A stretch of 59,090 nucleotides of DNA, filler included, from Candidatus Omnitrophota bacterium (GTDB lineage Bacteria; Omnitrophota; Gorgyraeia; JAGLLT01), in NCBI GenBank assembly GCA_023140385.1. It is 3 parts of 3 records of this genome, joined end to end, with 100 filler letters (N's around TTAATTAATTAA, not from the genome) between each part and the next. Parts side by side here need not be neighbours in the genome. Positions count along the whole stretch, not along the records: positions 24,686 to 52,822 come from JAGLLT010000006.1; 2 more parts are not named here. One strand, 5' to 3'. The notes under the pieces are model-generated. The model was not told where the DNA came from and made no database searches. It was given only the letters and a program-made list of their open reading frames with translations. The position numbers and the translations under genes are program-made. Positions 26,221 through 36,104 of this stretch are shown here, piece after piece. Each line of letters begins with the position of its first letter. The stretch's first letter is position 1.

Positions 26221-27447
26221 TTAAAAGTAGTCACTGAATAAATCCGCGGTTTTTTCTTTAATAAAGGCAAGTGGTTTCAGCCTGGCGGCTGTTTGAGGAG
26301 AAGCGGTTTCTTTTATGAGGGCGTATTTTGCCAGGCCGAGGCAATTGGACCAAATGGGAGAGTTCAGGGCCTTGCTTATCTGGAAACCGCGCGGTGACCC
26401 CAGCCGGACAGGTAAAACAAAGGTTTTCTGCGCCACTTCTATCATTGAATCCAACAAGGCCGTCCCGCCCGTCAAAACAATTCCGCAGGGAGCGCTCTGA
26501 AGACAGTCCATCTCTTCCAACTTGGCTTCAACTCTGCTCAATATCTTATCCAGGCTGCGCTTAACAGCTTCATTTATTTCATTCTTATTGATAACTTTAA
26601 CGTTTCCGTTGGAGTCCTTCAAGACTACCTCTTCCACCGCCTCTTCACTGCCAACCAGGGCACAGCCATATCTTTTTTTTATCTCCTCCGCGTATGATGC
26701 GGAAACCTTCAGCCTCTTTGAAATGCTTTCGGTAATATCGTCTCCGCCCTTAGGAATCACAGCAAGTTTTTTCAGTTTTTCTTCGTGGAAAAAAGCTATC
26801 TCCGTCAGGCCGGCTCCAATATCTATCAAAACAACTCCTGTTTTCCTCTCCTCCTCTTCCAGGACAGAATAAAATGGCGGCAGGCCGGAGGTTACCATTT
26901 CCTTTATTTGATAACCGGCTTGATTAACGCTTCTTTTTAAATTTTTTATGTAGTTCGAAATTCCTGTTACAACCAACAGGTCAACTTCAATTTTTCTGGC
27001 ATGCATCTTAAGAGGGTTGATAATACCCTTGTGCTCATCTATAATGTAATCACGAACCAGGGTATGTAAAGGCATCCTGTCCAAAGCAATCCCGTGAACG
27101 TGAGCGGAAGAAATTACGCTCCGGACATCTTTTTTTAAAACAACTCCCCTGTTATTTGATATCATAACCGCCCCATGGCAATTACCGGTGTCGAGGTGGC
27201 TCCCGCTGACGTTAATATATATTGAATCCGAACTGTCCCCGGCCCCTTTTTTCAACTCCTTTAAGAGATCTTTCAGGATACCGGCCGTTGCCCCAATATC
27301 CACCACCAGGCCTTTTTTTAACCCGCCGCCTTCAATAAGATGGCTGGCAAGTACTTCTATTTGTCCGTTTTTAACTTCAGCAATAACCCCGCAGGCCTTT
27401 GAATCTGATAAATCAACCGCCGTCACCGTTTTTTTTCTTTTAAACAT
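26221..27447 (-). CDS. ftsA: Cell division protein FtsA
   Basis: Actin fold, LIDIGAGLT, GGDDIT, VLTGGTA, C-terminal amphipathic helix. Confidence 0.93.
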   Translation of the reverse strand: MFKRKKTVTAVDLSDSKACGVIAEVKNGQIEVLASHLIEGGGLKKGLVVDIGATAGILKDLLKELKKGAGDSSDSIYINVSGSHLDTGNCHGAVMISNNRGVVLKKDVRSVISSAHVHGIALDRMPLHTLVRDYIIDEHKGIINPLKMHARKIEVDLLVVTGISNYIKNLKRSVNQAGYQIKEMVTSGLPPFYSVLEEEERKTGVVLIDIGAGLTEIAFFHEEKLKKLAVIPKGGDDITESISKRLKVSASYAEEIKKRYGCALVGSEEAVEEVVLKDSNGNVKVINKNEINEAVKRSLDKILSRVEAKLEEMDCLQSAPCGIVLTGGTALLDSMIEVAQKTFVLPVRLGSPRGFQISKALNSPIWSNCLGLAKYALIKETASPQTAARLKPLAFIKEKTADLFSDYF

Positions 27448-27448
27448 A

Positions 27449-28258
27449 TTAATAATGCCCCACTACTATATCTTCAAATCTTAAATCAATATATTTAATT
27501 CCCTCAAGCTTATCGCTGGATAGGTGCCTGCTTAAATTATCCAGCTTCCGCCTGAAAGAGTCCCTGCCCAGTTTAATCTCTACCGTCGCGTCAATAAAAA
27601 AGATGTAGTTGCGATGACTGCTGACGTCTATTTCTGTAATGTTATACTTATCCAACAAACCCGTTTCAATTAACAGTGCCAAGAGGCCGAGCGCGTCCCG
27701 CAGTCTTTGAGAACCGCATACCTCCAGTTTAGCTTTAGATATTCTGGAGCTTCTTACCCCCTTAATCACAACAAGGCCGCCAAGAGGCATATCCTCTGAA
27801 CAGCCCAACACAAAAGCCTCCCCATCTACTCTGTAAAAAACGCCTCCAGCCTCCACCTCTGCCACCGGCTGACGCCTCTTTATGGCAACTATTAAAGTAG
27901 AAGGAAGCTCTTTTCTTACCTCCACGCTTTTTAAATCAGGATGAATTTCCTTAATATGCCGGGCTATCCGCGCCGGGTTTAGTTTAATAATGTTAACCGG
28001 CAAATCAATATCACAGTATTGGGGGGCTTCACGGGTATCCAGGGACTCACCTGTAATTTTTATAGTGGTTACGTCAAAGTACGGCCAGCTTGACAGGCAG
28101 TCAAAAAATAACTTTAGGCTATAAAAGATAAGCCCCGCGACTACCAAAAAAACACCCAGTTTCATAAAGGCCTTTATAAATGGATTATCTTTTACCTTCT
28201 CAATGTCCTTCTTGCTTTTTTTGCGCTTTTTATTTTTTTTGGACAAATCCGCCTTCAT
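27449..28258 (-). CDS. ftsQ: Cell division protein FtsQ/DivIB
   Basis: Basic N-terminus, TM, POTRA domain, YIDLRF; between ddl and ftsA. Confidence 0.88.
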   Translation of the reverse strand: MKADLSKKNKKRKKSKKDIEKVKDNPFIKAFMKLGVFLVVAGLIFYSLKLFFDCLSSWPYFDVTTIKITGESLDTREAPQYCDIDLPVNIIKLNPARIARHIKEIHPDLKSVEVRKELPSTLIVAIKRRQPVAEVEAGGVFYRVDGEAFVLGCSEDMPLGGLVVIKGVRSSRISKAKLEVCGSQRLRDALGLLALLIETGLLDKYNITEIDVSSHRNYIFFIDATVEIKLGRDSFRRKLDNLSRHLSSDKLEGIKYIDLRFEDIVVGHY

Positions 28259-28277
28259 CTCTAACCCGTCTCCTTCT

Positions 28278-29231
28278 TTAAATACCCAATAATGTAGGGG
28301 CGACCCTTGTGGTTGCCCGTGCGGAATTTAGTATCTTTTCACATAAATCTTCAAAGGTTATCCCGGCTGACTTCGCGGCCTTAGGCAGAAGACTCTGAGC
28401 CGTAAGGCCGGGGATTGTATTCACCTCCAGCGTAAAGAGCCGGTTGTCAGCCGAAAGACGCATATCCACCCTGGAAAAAAAACAGCATCCCAGGGCATTG
28501 TGAGTCCTTATCGCGAGCGCCTGAGCCCGGAGATAAACATCTTTGTCAATAGCGGCAGGCACCAGATATTCGGTAGAGCCGTCTTCATACTTTGCCTGAT
28601 AATCATAAAATTTACTCTTGGGAACCACCTCGACAACCGGAAGCGGCTTATCATCAAGAATACCGATATGAATCTCCCTGCCATCTATATACTCTTCCAC
28701 TACAACCTCAAAATCAAAGGCATAAGCCTTTTTCAATCCATCCTTTAGCCCGTCACTCTCTGCCACCATTGAAACCCCGATACTTGAACCCTGCCTGGAC
28801 GGTTTAACAATAAGAGGCAGGCTCAATCCGCAAAGAGAAGAAGGATATTCATTATTTTTAAAGGTCCTGTAAGGCGGCGTGGGAATACCTTTTTCTTCCA
28901 TTACCTTTTTTGATTTTATCTTATCCATTGCCAGAGCAGAGGCCTGCCAGCCAGAACCCGTATAGGGCATCTTCATATCTTCCAGAATTTTCTGAACTGT
29001 TCCGTCCTCTCCAAAGCCCCCGTGAAGCGCGATAAAAACAACCTCAACACCCGCCGCGTTAAGCAGGCGCGGGGCATCATTTTCATCTTTAATATCCAGA
29101 GGCATAACATCATACCCTCTTCGCTTAAGGGCTTCACAAACACCTCTGCCTGAAACCAGCGAAACCTCCCTTTCAGAGGAAGAGCCGCCCATTAAAACAC
29201 CTATCCTTTTAAAACTTTTCTTTTCTCTCAT
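28278..29231 (-). CDS. ddl: D-alanine-D-alanine ligase
   Basis: GGSSSEREVS, LHGGFGEDG, EVNTIPG. Confidence 0.95.
   Translation of the reverse strand: MREKKSFKRIGVLMGGSSSEREVSLVSGRGVCEALKRRGYDVMPLDIKDENDAPRLLNAAGVEVVFIALHGGFGEDGTVQKILEDMKMPYTGSGWQASALAMDKIKSKKVMEEKGIPTPPYRTFKNNEYPSSLCGLSLPLIVKPSRQGSSIGVSMVAESDGLKDGLKKAYAFDFEVVVEEYIDGREIHIGILDDKPLPVVEVVPKSKFYDYQAKYEDGSTEYLVPAAIDKDVYLRAQALAIRTHNALGCCFFSRVDMRLSADNRLFTLEVNTIPGLTAQSLLPKAAKSAGITFEDLCEKILNSARATTRVAPTLLGI
28294..28320 (+). repeat. Solitary GTAG REP within the ddl 3' end
   Basis: gtaggggcgacccttgtggttgcccgt, similar to the REP at 23989-24013. Confidence 0.75.
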
Positions 29232-30138
29232 CGGCCTGTACAATTTCTATTTCTGTTTCAAGTTTTACGCCGTAAAGCCTATTTATCTTATCCTGAACAT
29301 AACTAATTAGCCGGCAGACATCATTAAAGGTAGCCCGGCCTCCGTTAACGATAAAGTTAGCATGCTTGCTTGATATCCGGGCATCACCTATGCCAAACCC
29401 TTTAAGGCCGGCCTTTTCTATTAAGCGGCCGCTCTCATTTCCCTCACCGGGTGGATTCTTAAAAATGCACCCCGCGCTGGCACAATCCAAAGGCTGCCTC
29501 TTCTTCCTGTCTTCTAAAAAACGCCTTCTTGCGGCTAATATATCCTCTTTTTTAGTTTTATTGAGCCTGAGAACAGCTTCAACTATTACACACTCCTTTA
29601 GTCCTCCGTCTCTATAGCTAAAGCTCAACTCATCCTGCCTCAAGACCTTCACTGCCCCCTGACAGGTTACCACCTTCACCTCTTTGACCAAATCGCCTAT
29701 ACATTTATCTCTAACGCCGGCATTCATATAGAGTGCCCCGCCGAGACTTCCAGGAATTCCCGCCAGAAATTCAAGGCCGCCCAGAGAATGCTTAGAGGCC
29801 TTACTTATGAGGGCGTCCAGTGTAAGTCCCGCCCTCGCCCTCAGTTCATCACCCTCAATCGCGGCCTTTTTAAAATAATCTGATTGCAAACTAAGGAATA
29901 CTTTATCAATTTTTTCATCGGAAATCAGCAAATTACTGCCTCTTCCGATAACAAAAAATTTCGACCTTTCCTGCCTCAGCCCCTCAATAACGCGGACAGA
30001 CTCCTCCAGGTCAAACAGTTCAATCCATAGCGGAACTCGCCCGCCAATCCCGAAGGTCGTGTACTTTGAGGCGTCTTCATCAACTAAAATTCTGCTTTTT
30101 AAGTCTTTCGACCAACTCACTGGAAACTTTTCCGACAT
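29209..30138 (-). CDS. murB: UDP-N-acetylmuramate dehydrogenase (start possibly GTG at 30120)
   Basis: GRGSNLL, GIPGSLGG..MNAG, SAGCIFKNP, HANF. Confidence 0.95.
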   Translation of the reverse strand: MSEKFPVSWSKDLKSRILVDEDASKYTTFGIGGRVPLWIELFDLEESVRVIEGLRQERSKFFVIGRGSNLLISDEKIDKVFLSLQSDYFKKAAIEGDELRARAGLTLDALISKASKHSLGGLEFLAGIPGSLGGALYMNAGVRDKCIGDLVKEVKVVTCQGAVKVLRQDELSFSYRDGGLKECVIVEAVLRLNKTKKEDILAARRRFLEDRKKRQPLDCASAGCIFKNPPGEGNESGRLIEKAGLKGFGIGDARISSKHANFIVNGGRATFNDVCRLISYVQDKINRLYGVKLETEIEIVQADERKEKF

Positions 30139-31465
30139 CCCCCGCCCCCATAATTAAAACAACGTCTTCAGGCCTGACTATCTTTATTATATGATTTACT
30201 ATCTGATCTAACGAAATAAGGGAGACTTCATGGTGCTTCTTTTCTATTAAACCTTCATAAATAAGACGGGAGGTTATACCTTTGATGGGTTTTTCGCTGG
30301 CAGGATAAATGTCGGTCAGGACAACATAATCGGCATCCGACAAAGAGTCGGAAAATAAATCCTTCAAGTGCATTGTCCTTGAATATTTATGCGGTTGAAA
30401 GACGGCAATTATTCTTTTTGGATTTAAACCGGAGGCCGCTTTTAATGTCACGCGTATCTCTGTTGGATGATGGGCGTAATCTTCAATCACCGTTATCTCA
30501 TTTACCCTCCCCTTTATCTCAAATCTTCTACTGGCTCCACTATATGAGGCAAGCGCCTTTTTAACATCTTCTTTATCTACTCCGATTTTCAACGCGACAG
30601 CTATGGCGGCTAGGGCATTAAGTACATTATGTCTGCCGGGGATGTTTAACAAAAAACGCCCCATAGAGCCGTCTTTAAAAAAACAGTCAAATTCAGTTTG
30701 GCATCCCATGTATTTAACATTGCAGGCTCTAACATCACAACTTTCATTAAATCCATAGGCGGCAGCCTCTCCCTTGTATTCCGATAAAACCTCCATAAGA
30801 TTTTTTTCATCACCGCAGATAAACAGACAGCCGCCTTTTTTTGTATTTGCCGCGAACTTCCGATAAGCCTCCATAATCTCTTCCAGGCCTCCATAGAAGT
30901 CCAGGTGCTCCCGCTCAATATTGGTTATCACGGAATAAACCGGCCTCAAATGTAAAAAAGAGCCATCGCTTTCATCGGCTTCGGCCACAAAGTACCTGCC
31001 TTTGCTGAAAAGCGCGTTGCCCCCCAAAGAGTGCACTTCAGCGCCCACAGCAACACTGAGCTCTATGCCCGAGACAAAAAGGATGTGAGAGATTAAAGAG
31101 GAGGTAGTCGTCTTGCCATGCGTCCCCGCTACCGCGATGCCGGTCTTTTCATTCAAAAGTTCAGCCAGCAGTTCGCCTCTCTGAATGAGGATAATATTTC
31201 TGTCTCTAACGGCTTTAAGCTCCTCATTATCATGACCGATGCAGGAAGAACAAACTGCTAAGTCCACGTCTTTTAGGTTGCCCACTCTGTGCCCTATGTG
31301 GATATCGGCGCCCATTGCCGCCAATTTGTCGATTAAGCGGGAACTTTTTAAATCAGAACCGCTTACCTCATAACCTCCCTGAATAAGCAGTTGGGCCAGG
31401 CCGCTCATACCTATGCCGCCTATGCCCACAAAGTGTATCTTCTTTTTATCTACCAGTATTCCCAT
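30080..31465 (-). CDS. murC: UDP-N-acetylmuramate-L-alanine ligase
   Basis: GIGGIGMSG, GTHGKTTT, EADESD, DYAHHP. Confidence 0.96.
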   Translation of the reverse strand: MGILVDKKKIHFVGIGGIGMSGLAQLLIQGGYEVSGSDLKSSRLIDKLAAMGADIHIGHRVGNLKDVDLAVCSSCIGHDNEELKAVRDRNIILIQRGELLAELLNEKTGIAVAGTHGKTTTSSLISHILFVSGIELSVAVGAEVHSLGGNALFSKGRYFVAEADESDGSFLHLRPVYSVITNIEREHLDFYGGLEEIMEAYRKFAANTKKGGCLFICGDEKNLMEVLSEYKGEAAAYGFNESCDVRACNVKYMGCQTEFDCFFKDGSMGRFLLNIPGRHNVLNALAAIAVALKIGVDKEDVKKALASYSGASRRFEIKGRVNEITVIEDYAHHPTEIRVTLKAASGLNPKRIIAVFQPHKYSRTMHLKDLFSDSLSDADYVVLTDIYPASEKPIKGITSRLIYEGLIEKKHHEVSLISLDQIVNHIIKIVRPEDVVLIMGAGDVGKVSSELVERLKKQNFS

Positions 31466-32567
31466 TGCTTTTTTTCAGAACCTCAAAAATGACTTTAGTT
31501 AACTTCTCATTAGCGTCAAAACTGCCTAACCTTTTGCTATTTTGACTCATAGCTTGTAATTTACGCTTATCGAGGATAAGCTCCAGAAGCGCGCTTCTGA
31601 ATTTATCTTCATCCAGGCCTTCCTGATTGAATACAATAGCCGCTTTATTCTCTTCTATATAGCGGGCATTTTCCCCCTGATGCCCCCCCGCGTAAGGATA
31701 AGGTATTAATATTGACGGCTTCCCCATCGCTGTTAACTCTGCTAAAGACGCTCCTCCCGCCCTAGCCACAGCTAAATCACAGGCAGAAAGGGCATATTCC
31801 ATTTTGTCAAGAAAACTAAAAATCTTTACCTGCCTAAACTCAATATTATCATATCGGCGGCGAACAAACTCATAGCCCCGCTCCCCGGCTAAATGTATTA
31901 TCTGCATCTTGTTTATTATGGCCGGCTTAAAAGCGTTGATAGCGTTAATTATCAGCCGGTTAATAAAGTCCGCTCCCTGACTGCCTCCCATAACGAGAAT
32001 AGTAACTCTGTCCGCTCTTAGCCCGAAAAAATCCAGCGCCTCTTTCCTCGAGACCTTCCTCAACTCTTCTTTTAGGGGGTATCCGGTAAAAACGGTTTTA
32101 GCGCCAAAGTACTTTTCGCTCCGGCAAAAAGAAACAGCCGCCTTATCGGCCGCCCTCAAAAGCAGGGCATTCGCCTTACCAGGTATAACATTTTGTTCGT
32201 GAAGTATAACCCGCGCCTTATTGAACCTGATACAATTTGCCAACACCACAGGCACCGTAGAATAACTGCCAAAGGCCGTTATTATATCGGGGTTAAATTT
32301 GTTTATTATTATAACAGATTTAATAAAACTTTGTAAAAATTTTACGAGGAATGTTATATATCCAAAACTTACTCTTAAGGGCAGCGGCCCGGCCGGAATC
32401 GTATGGGCCTTAAAACCCTTCTCATTGAGAAGCCGCGAGAAGTTTATGTTGGCGCTGATAACAAACTCAATATCAACATCTTCATAGTTGTTTTTCAGAT
32501 AAACTGACAGATTGATAGCATTGGTTATATGCCCTCCCGTCGCGCCCGCCGCCATCAATATTTTCAT
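31446..32567 (-). CDS. murG: MurG glycosyltransferase
   Basis: GATGGHI, HEQN, GGSQGA, HQGENA. Confidence 0.95.
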   Translation of the reverse strand: MKILMAAGATGGHITNAINLSVYLKNNYEDVDIEFVISANINFSRLLNEKGFKAHTIPAGPLPLRVSFGYITFLVKFLQSFIKSVIIINKFNPDIITAFGSYSTVPVVLANCIRFNKARVILHEQNVIPGKANALLLRAADKAAVSFCRSEKYFGAKTVFTGYPLKEELRKVSRKEALDFFGLRADRVTILVMGGSQGADFINRLIINAINAFKPAIINKMQIIHLAGERGYEFVRRRYDNIEFRQVKIFSFLDKMEYALSACDLAVARAGGASLAELTAMGKPSILIPYPYAGGHQGENARYIEENKAAIVFNQEGLDEDKFRSALLELILDKRKLQAMSQNSKRLGSFDANEKLTKVIFEVLKKSNGNTGR

Positions 32568-33664
32568 ATTCGCTCCTTCTCTCTGGATACATTGAGTAGA
32601 AGAGCGACAGCCGCCATATTAAAAACCAGAGAAGAGCCGCCATAGCTTAAAAATGGAAGAGGCAGCCCTTTGGTCGGCAAAAAACCGGTACTGGTGCCAA
32701 TGTGAACTATCGCCTGAAGGCTTATAAGGGAAACAACCCCCAATATCAGAAGTTTAGAAAAAGAGCTTCTAACCTGAAACGCTATTAAGGCCGCGAAAAA
32801 AATAAACATCGCGAAGAGAAGTATTACCGCCCCCGCCCCCAAAAAACCCAGTTCTTCGCCTATAATAGAAAAAATAAAGTCTGTGTGGGCTGCCGGCAGA
32901 TAATACAGTTTCTGCTGGCCGCCGCCCAATCCAACTCCGAAGAGCCCTCCTGACCCCAGGGCTATTAGAGATTGAACCAACTGATAACCGGCATCCGCCT
33001 TGTGCTTCCAGGGGTTAATAAAAGAAATAATTCTTCTTACACGGTATGGCTTATTTATAATCAGGTAAGTAAATGCCGGAACGGCCAAAAGAACTAAAGA
33101 AAAAATGTATTTTATTCTGGCGCCTCCGGCAAAGAGCATAAATATAGCCACTGCAAAGATAAGCACGGCTGTACCTAAATCAGGCTGTAACAGTATCAGA
33201 CCGAAGCAAAGTAGAACCACAAGCATGGGCGGCAAAAAACCATAAGTTAAACTTTTTATTTTCTCCCGCTTGCGCGACATAAAATCCGCCAGATACAAAA
33301 TAATCGCCACTTTTACAAACTCTGACGGCTGAAAGTTAAAAAATACAAGATGAAACCACCTCTGAGCGCCGCTTACTCTTCGGCCTAAAGATGGAATCAG
33401 CACCAGGATGAGCAGGCAAATAGAACATATAACGCAGGGCTTTGAAAACCGCTTCAATGTCTCAATATCCAAAAGCATAATGAAAAAGCTTATAACCAGA
33501 CCGACCAAGATAAAGACAAGGTGGCGCTGAAAAAAGTAAGCGCTGCTGCCATAATACTCATAGGCCATTAGGGCTGTTGAGTTATAAACCATAACCAGGC
33601 CTAAAGAAATAAGTATCACGCAAATTATAAATATTGAAATCCGATTTTGCCTTAAGGTCATCAT
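32564..33664 (-). CDS. ftsW: SEDS peptidoglycan polymerase FtsW
   Basis: GAQRW, QPSEFVK, QPDLG, HTDFIF, SYGGSS. Confidence 0.95.
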   Translation of the reverse strand: MMTLRQNRISIFIICVILISLGLVMVYNSTALMAYEYYGSSAYFFQRHLVFILVGLVISFFIMLLDIETLKRFSKPCVICSICLLILVLIPSLGRRVSGAQRWFHLVFFNFQPSEFVKVAIILYLADFMSRKREKIKSLTYGFLPPMLVVLLCFGLILLQPDLGTAVLIFAVAIFMLFAGGARIKYIFSLVLLAVPAFTYLIINKPYRVRRIISFINPWKHKADAGYQLVQSLIALGSGGLFGVGLGGGQQKLYYLPAAHTDFIFSIIGEELGFLGAGAVILLFAMFIFFAALIAFQVRSSFSKLLILGVVSLISLQAIVHIGTSTGFLPTKGLPLPFLSYGGSSLVFNMAAVALLLNVSREKERI

Positions 33665-33666
33665 AG

Positions 33667-35013
33667 CTAACTATTAATCTTTTTTACAATTTCTTTAAAC
33701 AGCCTACCCCTATCTTTGTAATCTTCAAACATATCAAAACTGGCGCACATCGGAGACAATAGAACACAATCACCCCGCGCCGCCAATCCTTTTGAGAGCC
33801 TAAGAGCCTCTTCCAGACTGTCTGCCGTCATAACAGATTTAATATCTTTCAGGGCGGCCTTTAATTTTTTTCTTGCTTCACCCAGCAAGATTACAGTCTT
33901 TACTTTCTCTAAAAAATCAAAGTTCACCTTTGAGAAGTCCGTATCTTTATCCTGCCCCCCGGCTATTAACAGCACAGGGCAGTCTAAGCTCATCAACGCC
34001 TGGCGGGTTGCCGCTACATTAGTCGCCTTTGAGTCATTTATATAGCTAATACCGTTAAAGACGCCCACAGGCTCAATCCGGTGCTCCAGCCCCTTAAAGT
34101 TTTTCTGAACCTTAAGAAGCGCCTTTATATCAACCTCATAAGCCAGTGTCAGGGCGGTCAAGAAGAGAAAGTTCTCCATTGACTTTATGGCCGTCAGGTT
34201 TACCTCTGAGCTATGAATGACCCTCTCCCGCCCTTTAGCGCGCCGCCTGACAACAAACCCCGCCTCATCTATATAAACATCGGCTTTGCTTTTAGAAGAT
34301 ACGAGGATAACCTTTGACTTTATTTCGTCAAGCGAAAATTTGCTTTCAACGTCTTCTTTGCGAAGAATGGTAAAACTGTCTTGTTTTTGATTTTCAAATA
34401 TCCTGGCCTTAGCCTGAAAATACTCTTTAAGATTTTTATGGCGATCCAAATGATCGGTATCCGCGTTTAATATCATACTTACCCTGGGAGAAAACTTTTC
34501 AATGTACTCCAGCTGAAAAGAACTCACCTCCAAAACCACCACGTCATCCTTCTTTAGTGATAAGACAACATCGCAAAAAGGCCGGCCGATATTTCCGCAA
34601 AGGACGGGAACGGAAACTATTTTTTCCAGCATCCGGTTAATCAAATGACAGGTTGTAGTCTTTCCGTTGGTGCCGGTGACGGCAATAATGGGCGCGGGGC
34701 AATTAAGGTAGCCAAGTTCTATCTCACTGATTACCGGTATCTTTAAAAGCTTTGCCTCTTTGAGAAGTTCGTTCTCCGCGGAAACCCCGGGGCTTACCAC
34801 AACCAGGGTACAACCTTTAATAAAATCTTTTGTGTGCTTTCCCGTTTCAACAAGGCTTATGCCCGCGTCCTTCAGAGAGGCGGCGCGCCTTTTAACCGCT
34901 TCGCTGTCGCGGTTATCAGATACACGAACTTCGGCGCCCAGCCTTTTTAAGAGGCGGGCGGCGCTTAAGCCGCTCTCACCTAAACCGATTACTGCCGCGT
35001 TGAGTGATGTCAT
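33667..35013 (-). CDS. murD: MurD ligase (ORF extends to 35073; start near 35013 likely)
   Basis: GTNGKTT, EVSSFQL, NDSKATN, SPMCASFD. Confidence 0.93.
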   Translation of the reverse strand: MTSLNAAVIGLGESGLSAARLLKRLGAEVRVSDNRDSEAVKRRAASLKDAGISLVETGKHTKDFIKGCTLVVVSPGVSAENELLKEAKLLKIPVISEIELGYLNCPAPIIAVTGTNGKTTTCHLINRMLEKIVSVPVLCGNIGRPFCDVVLSLKKDDVVVLEVSSFQLEYIEKFSPRVSMILNADTDHLDRHKNLKEYFQAKARIFENQKQDSFTILRKEDVESKFSLDEIKSKVILVSSKSKADVYIDEAGFVVRRRAKGRERVIHSSEVNLTAIKSMENFLFLTALTLAYEVDIKALLKVQKNFKGLEHRIEPVGVFNGISYINDSKATNVAATRQALMSLDCPVLLIAGGQDKDTDFSKVNFDFLEKVKTVILLGEARKKLKAALKDIKSVMTADSLEEALRLSKGLAARGDCVLLSPMCASFDMFEDYKDRGRLFKEIVKKINS

Positions 35014-35015
35014 AT

Positions 35016-36104
35016 CTATCTTAATTTTAGGGTTGCCAGGCTTAATAGAGCCAGGATAATCGCGATCAGCCACAGACGGACGGTTATCTTTGGTTCATCC
35101 CATCCCTTTAACTGCAGATGATGATGAAGCGGCGCTACCAGAAACATCCTTTTACCTCTTAGCTTAAAGGAGGTTACCTGAAGAATGACGGATAAGGCCT
35201 CAGCTACAAATATCCCGCCCACAATCAAAAGCAGCAGTTCCTTCTTAATAAAAATTGCTACGATTCCTATAGCTCCCCCAAGCGCCAAAGAACCGGTGTC
35301 CCCCATAAAGATTGTTGCCGGGTAGGAGTTAAACCAGAGAAAACCAAGCCCGGCGCCGATAATACATGAACAAAAGACGGTTAACTCTCCTGCTTTCGGA
35401 ATAAAGGGTATTTGCAGATAATTGCTGATTACCGCGTGGCCTGTTACATAGCTGTAACCGGCATAAGTCAGAGCCGCTATCACCACACAGCCTATGGCCA
35501 GGCCGTCAAGTCCATCAGTCAGGTTCACGGCGTTTGACGAACCTACTATGACTACTATGGCGAATAAAATATAAAATATGCCTAAGTCAATCAGGCAATT
35601 TTTACAAAAAGGAATATCCAGTTTTGTACTTATATCCGGGTGATAAAAAACATAAAGCCCTATAAGCAGGCCCAGGATTATTTGGCCGATAAGCTTTGTT
35701 GTCACAGCCAGGCCGCTTGATTTTTTTTTAACTAACTTCAGATAATCATCTAAAAAACCCAACAAGCCAAACCAAACGGTCGCGGTCAGCGCTATTAAAA
35801 TATATGAGTTTTTTAAGTCGGCCCATAACAAGGTAGGTACAATAATAGCAAAGAGAATAATCAGCCCCCCCATACTTGGTATATGCTGTTTCTGCTGGTG
35901 TAAAGGAATAAGCCCGGGGCAGCTGCTGGTTCTGACATTCTGCCAAATTTGAAGATTAGCGAGTCTATCTATTACGTAGCGGCCGATAAATAAACTGATA
36001 AAAAAGGCGGTGACCGCGGCAATTGCCGATCTAAAAGTAATGTACTTGAGAACATTAAAACCAAACCATATATCTCTTAAGGGGTATAACAATTTATAAA
36101 GCAT
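35016..36104 (-). CDS. mraY: Phospho-MurNAc-pentapeptide transferase
   Basis: PSMGG, DDYLK, NLTDGLDGL, FMGDTGS, APLHHH. Confidence 0.96.
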   Translation of the reverse strand: MLYKLLYPLRDIWFGFNVLKYITFRSAIAAVTAFFISLFIGRYVIDRLANLQIWQNVRTSSCPGLIPLHQQKQHIPSMGGLIILFAIIVPTLLWADLKNSYILIALTATVWFGLLGFLDDYLKLVKKKSSGLAVTTKLIGQIILGLLIGLYVFYHPDISTKLDIPFCKNCLIDLGIFYILFAIVVIVGSSNAVNLTDGLDGLAIGCVVIAALTYAGYSYVTGHAVISNYLQIPFIPKAGELTVFCSCIIGAGLGFLWFNSYPATIFMGDTGSLALGGAIGIVAIFIKKELLLLIVGGIFVAEALSVILQVTSFKLRGKRMFLVAPLHHHLQLKGWDEPKITVRLWLIAIILALLSLATLKLR

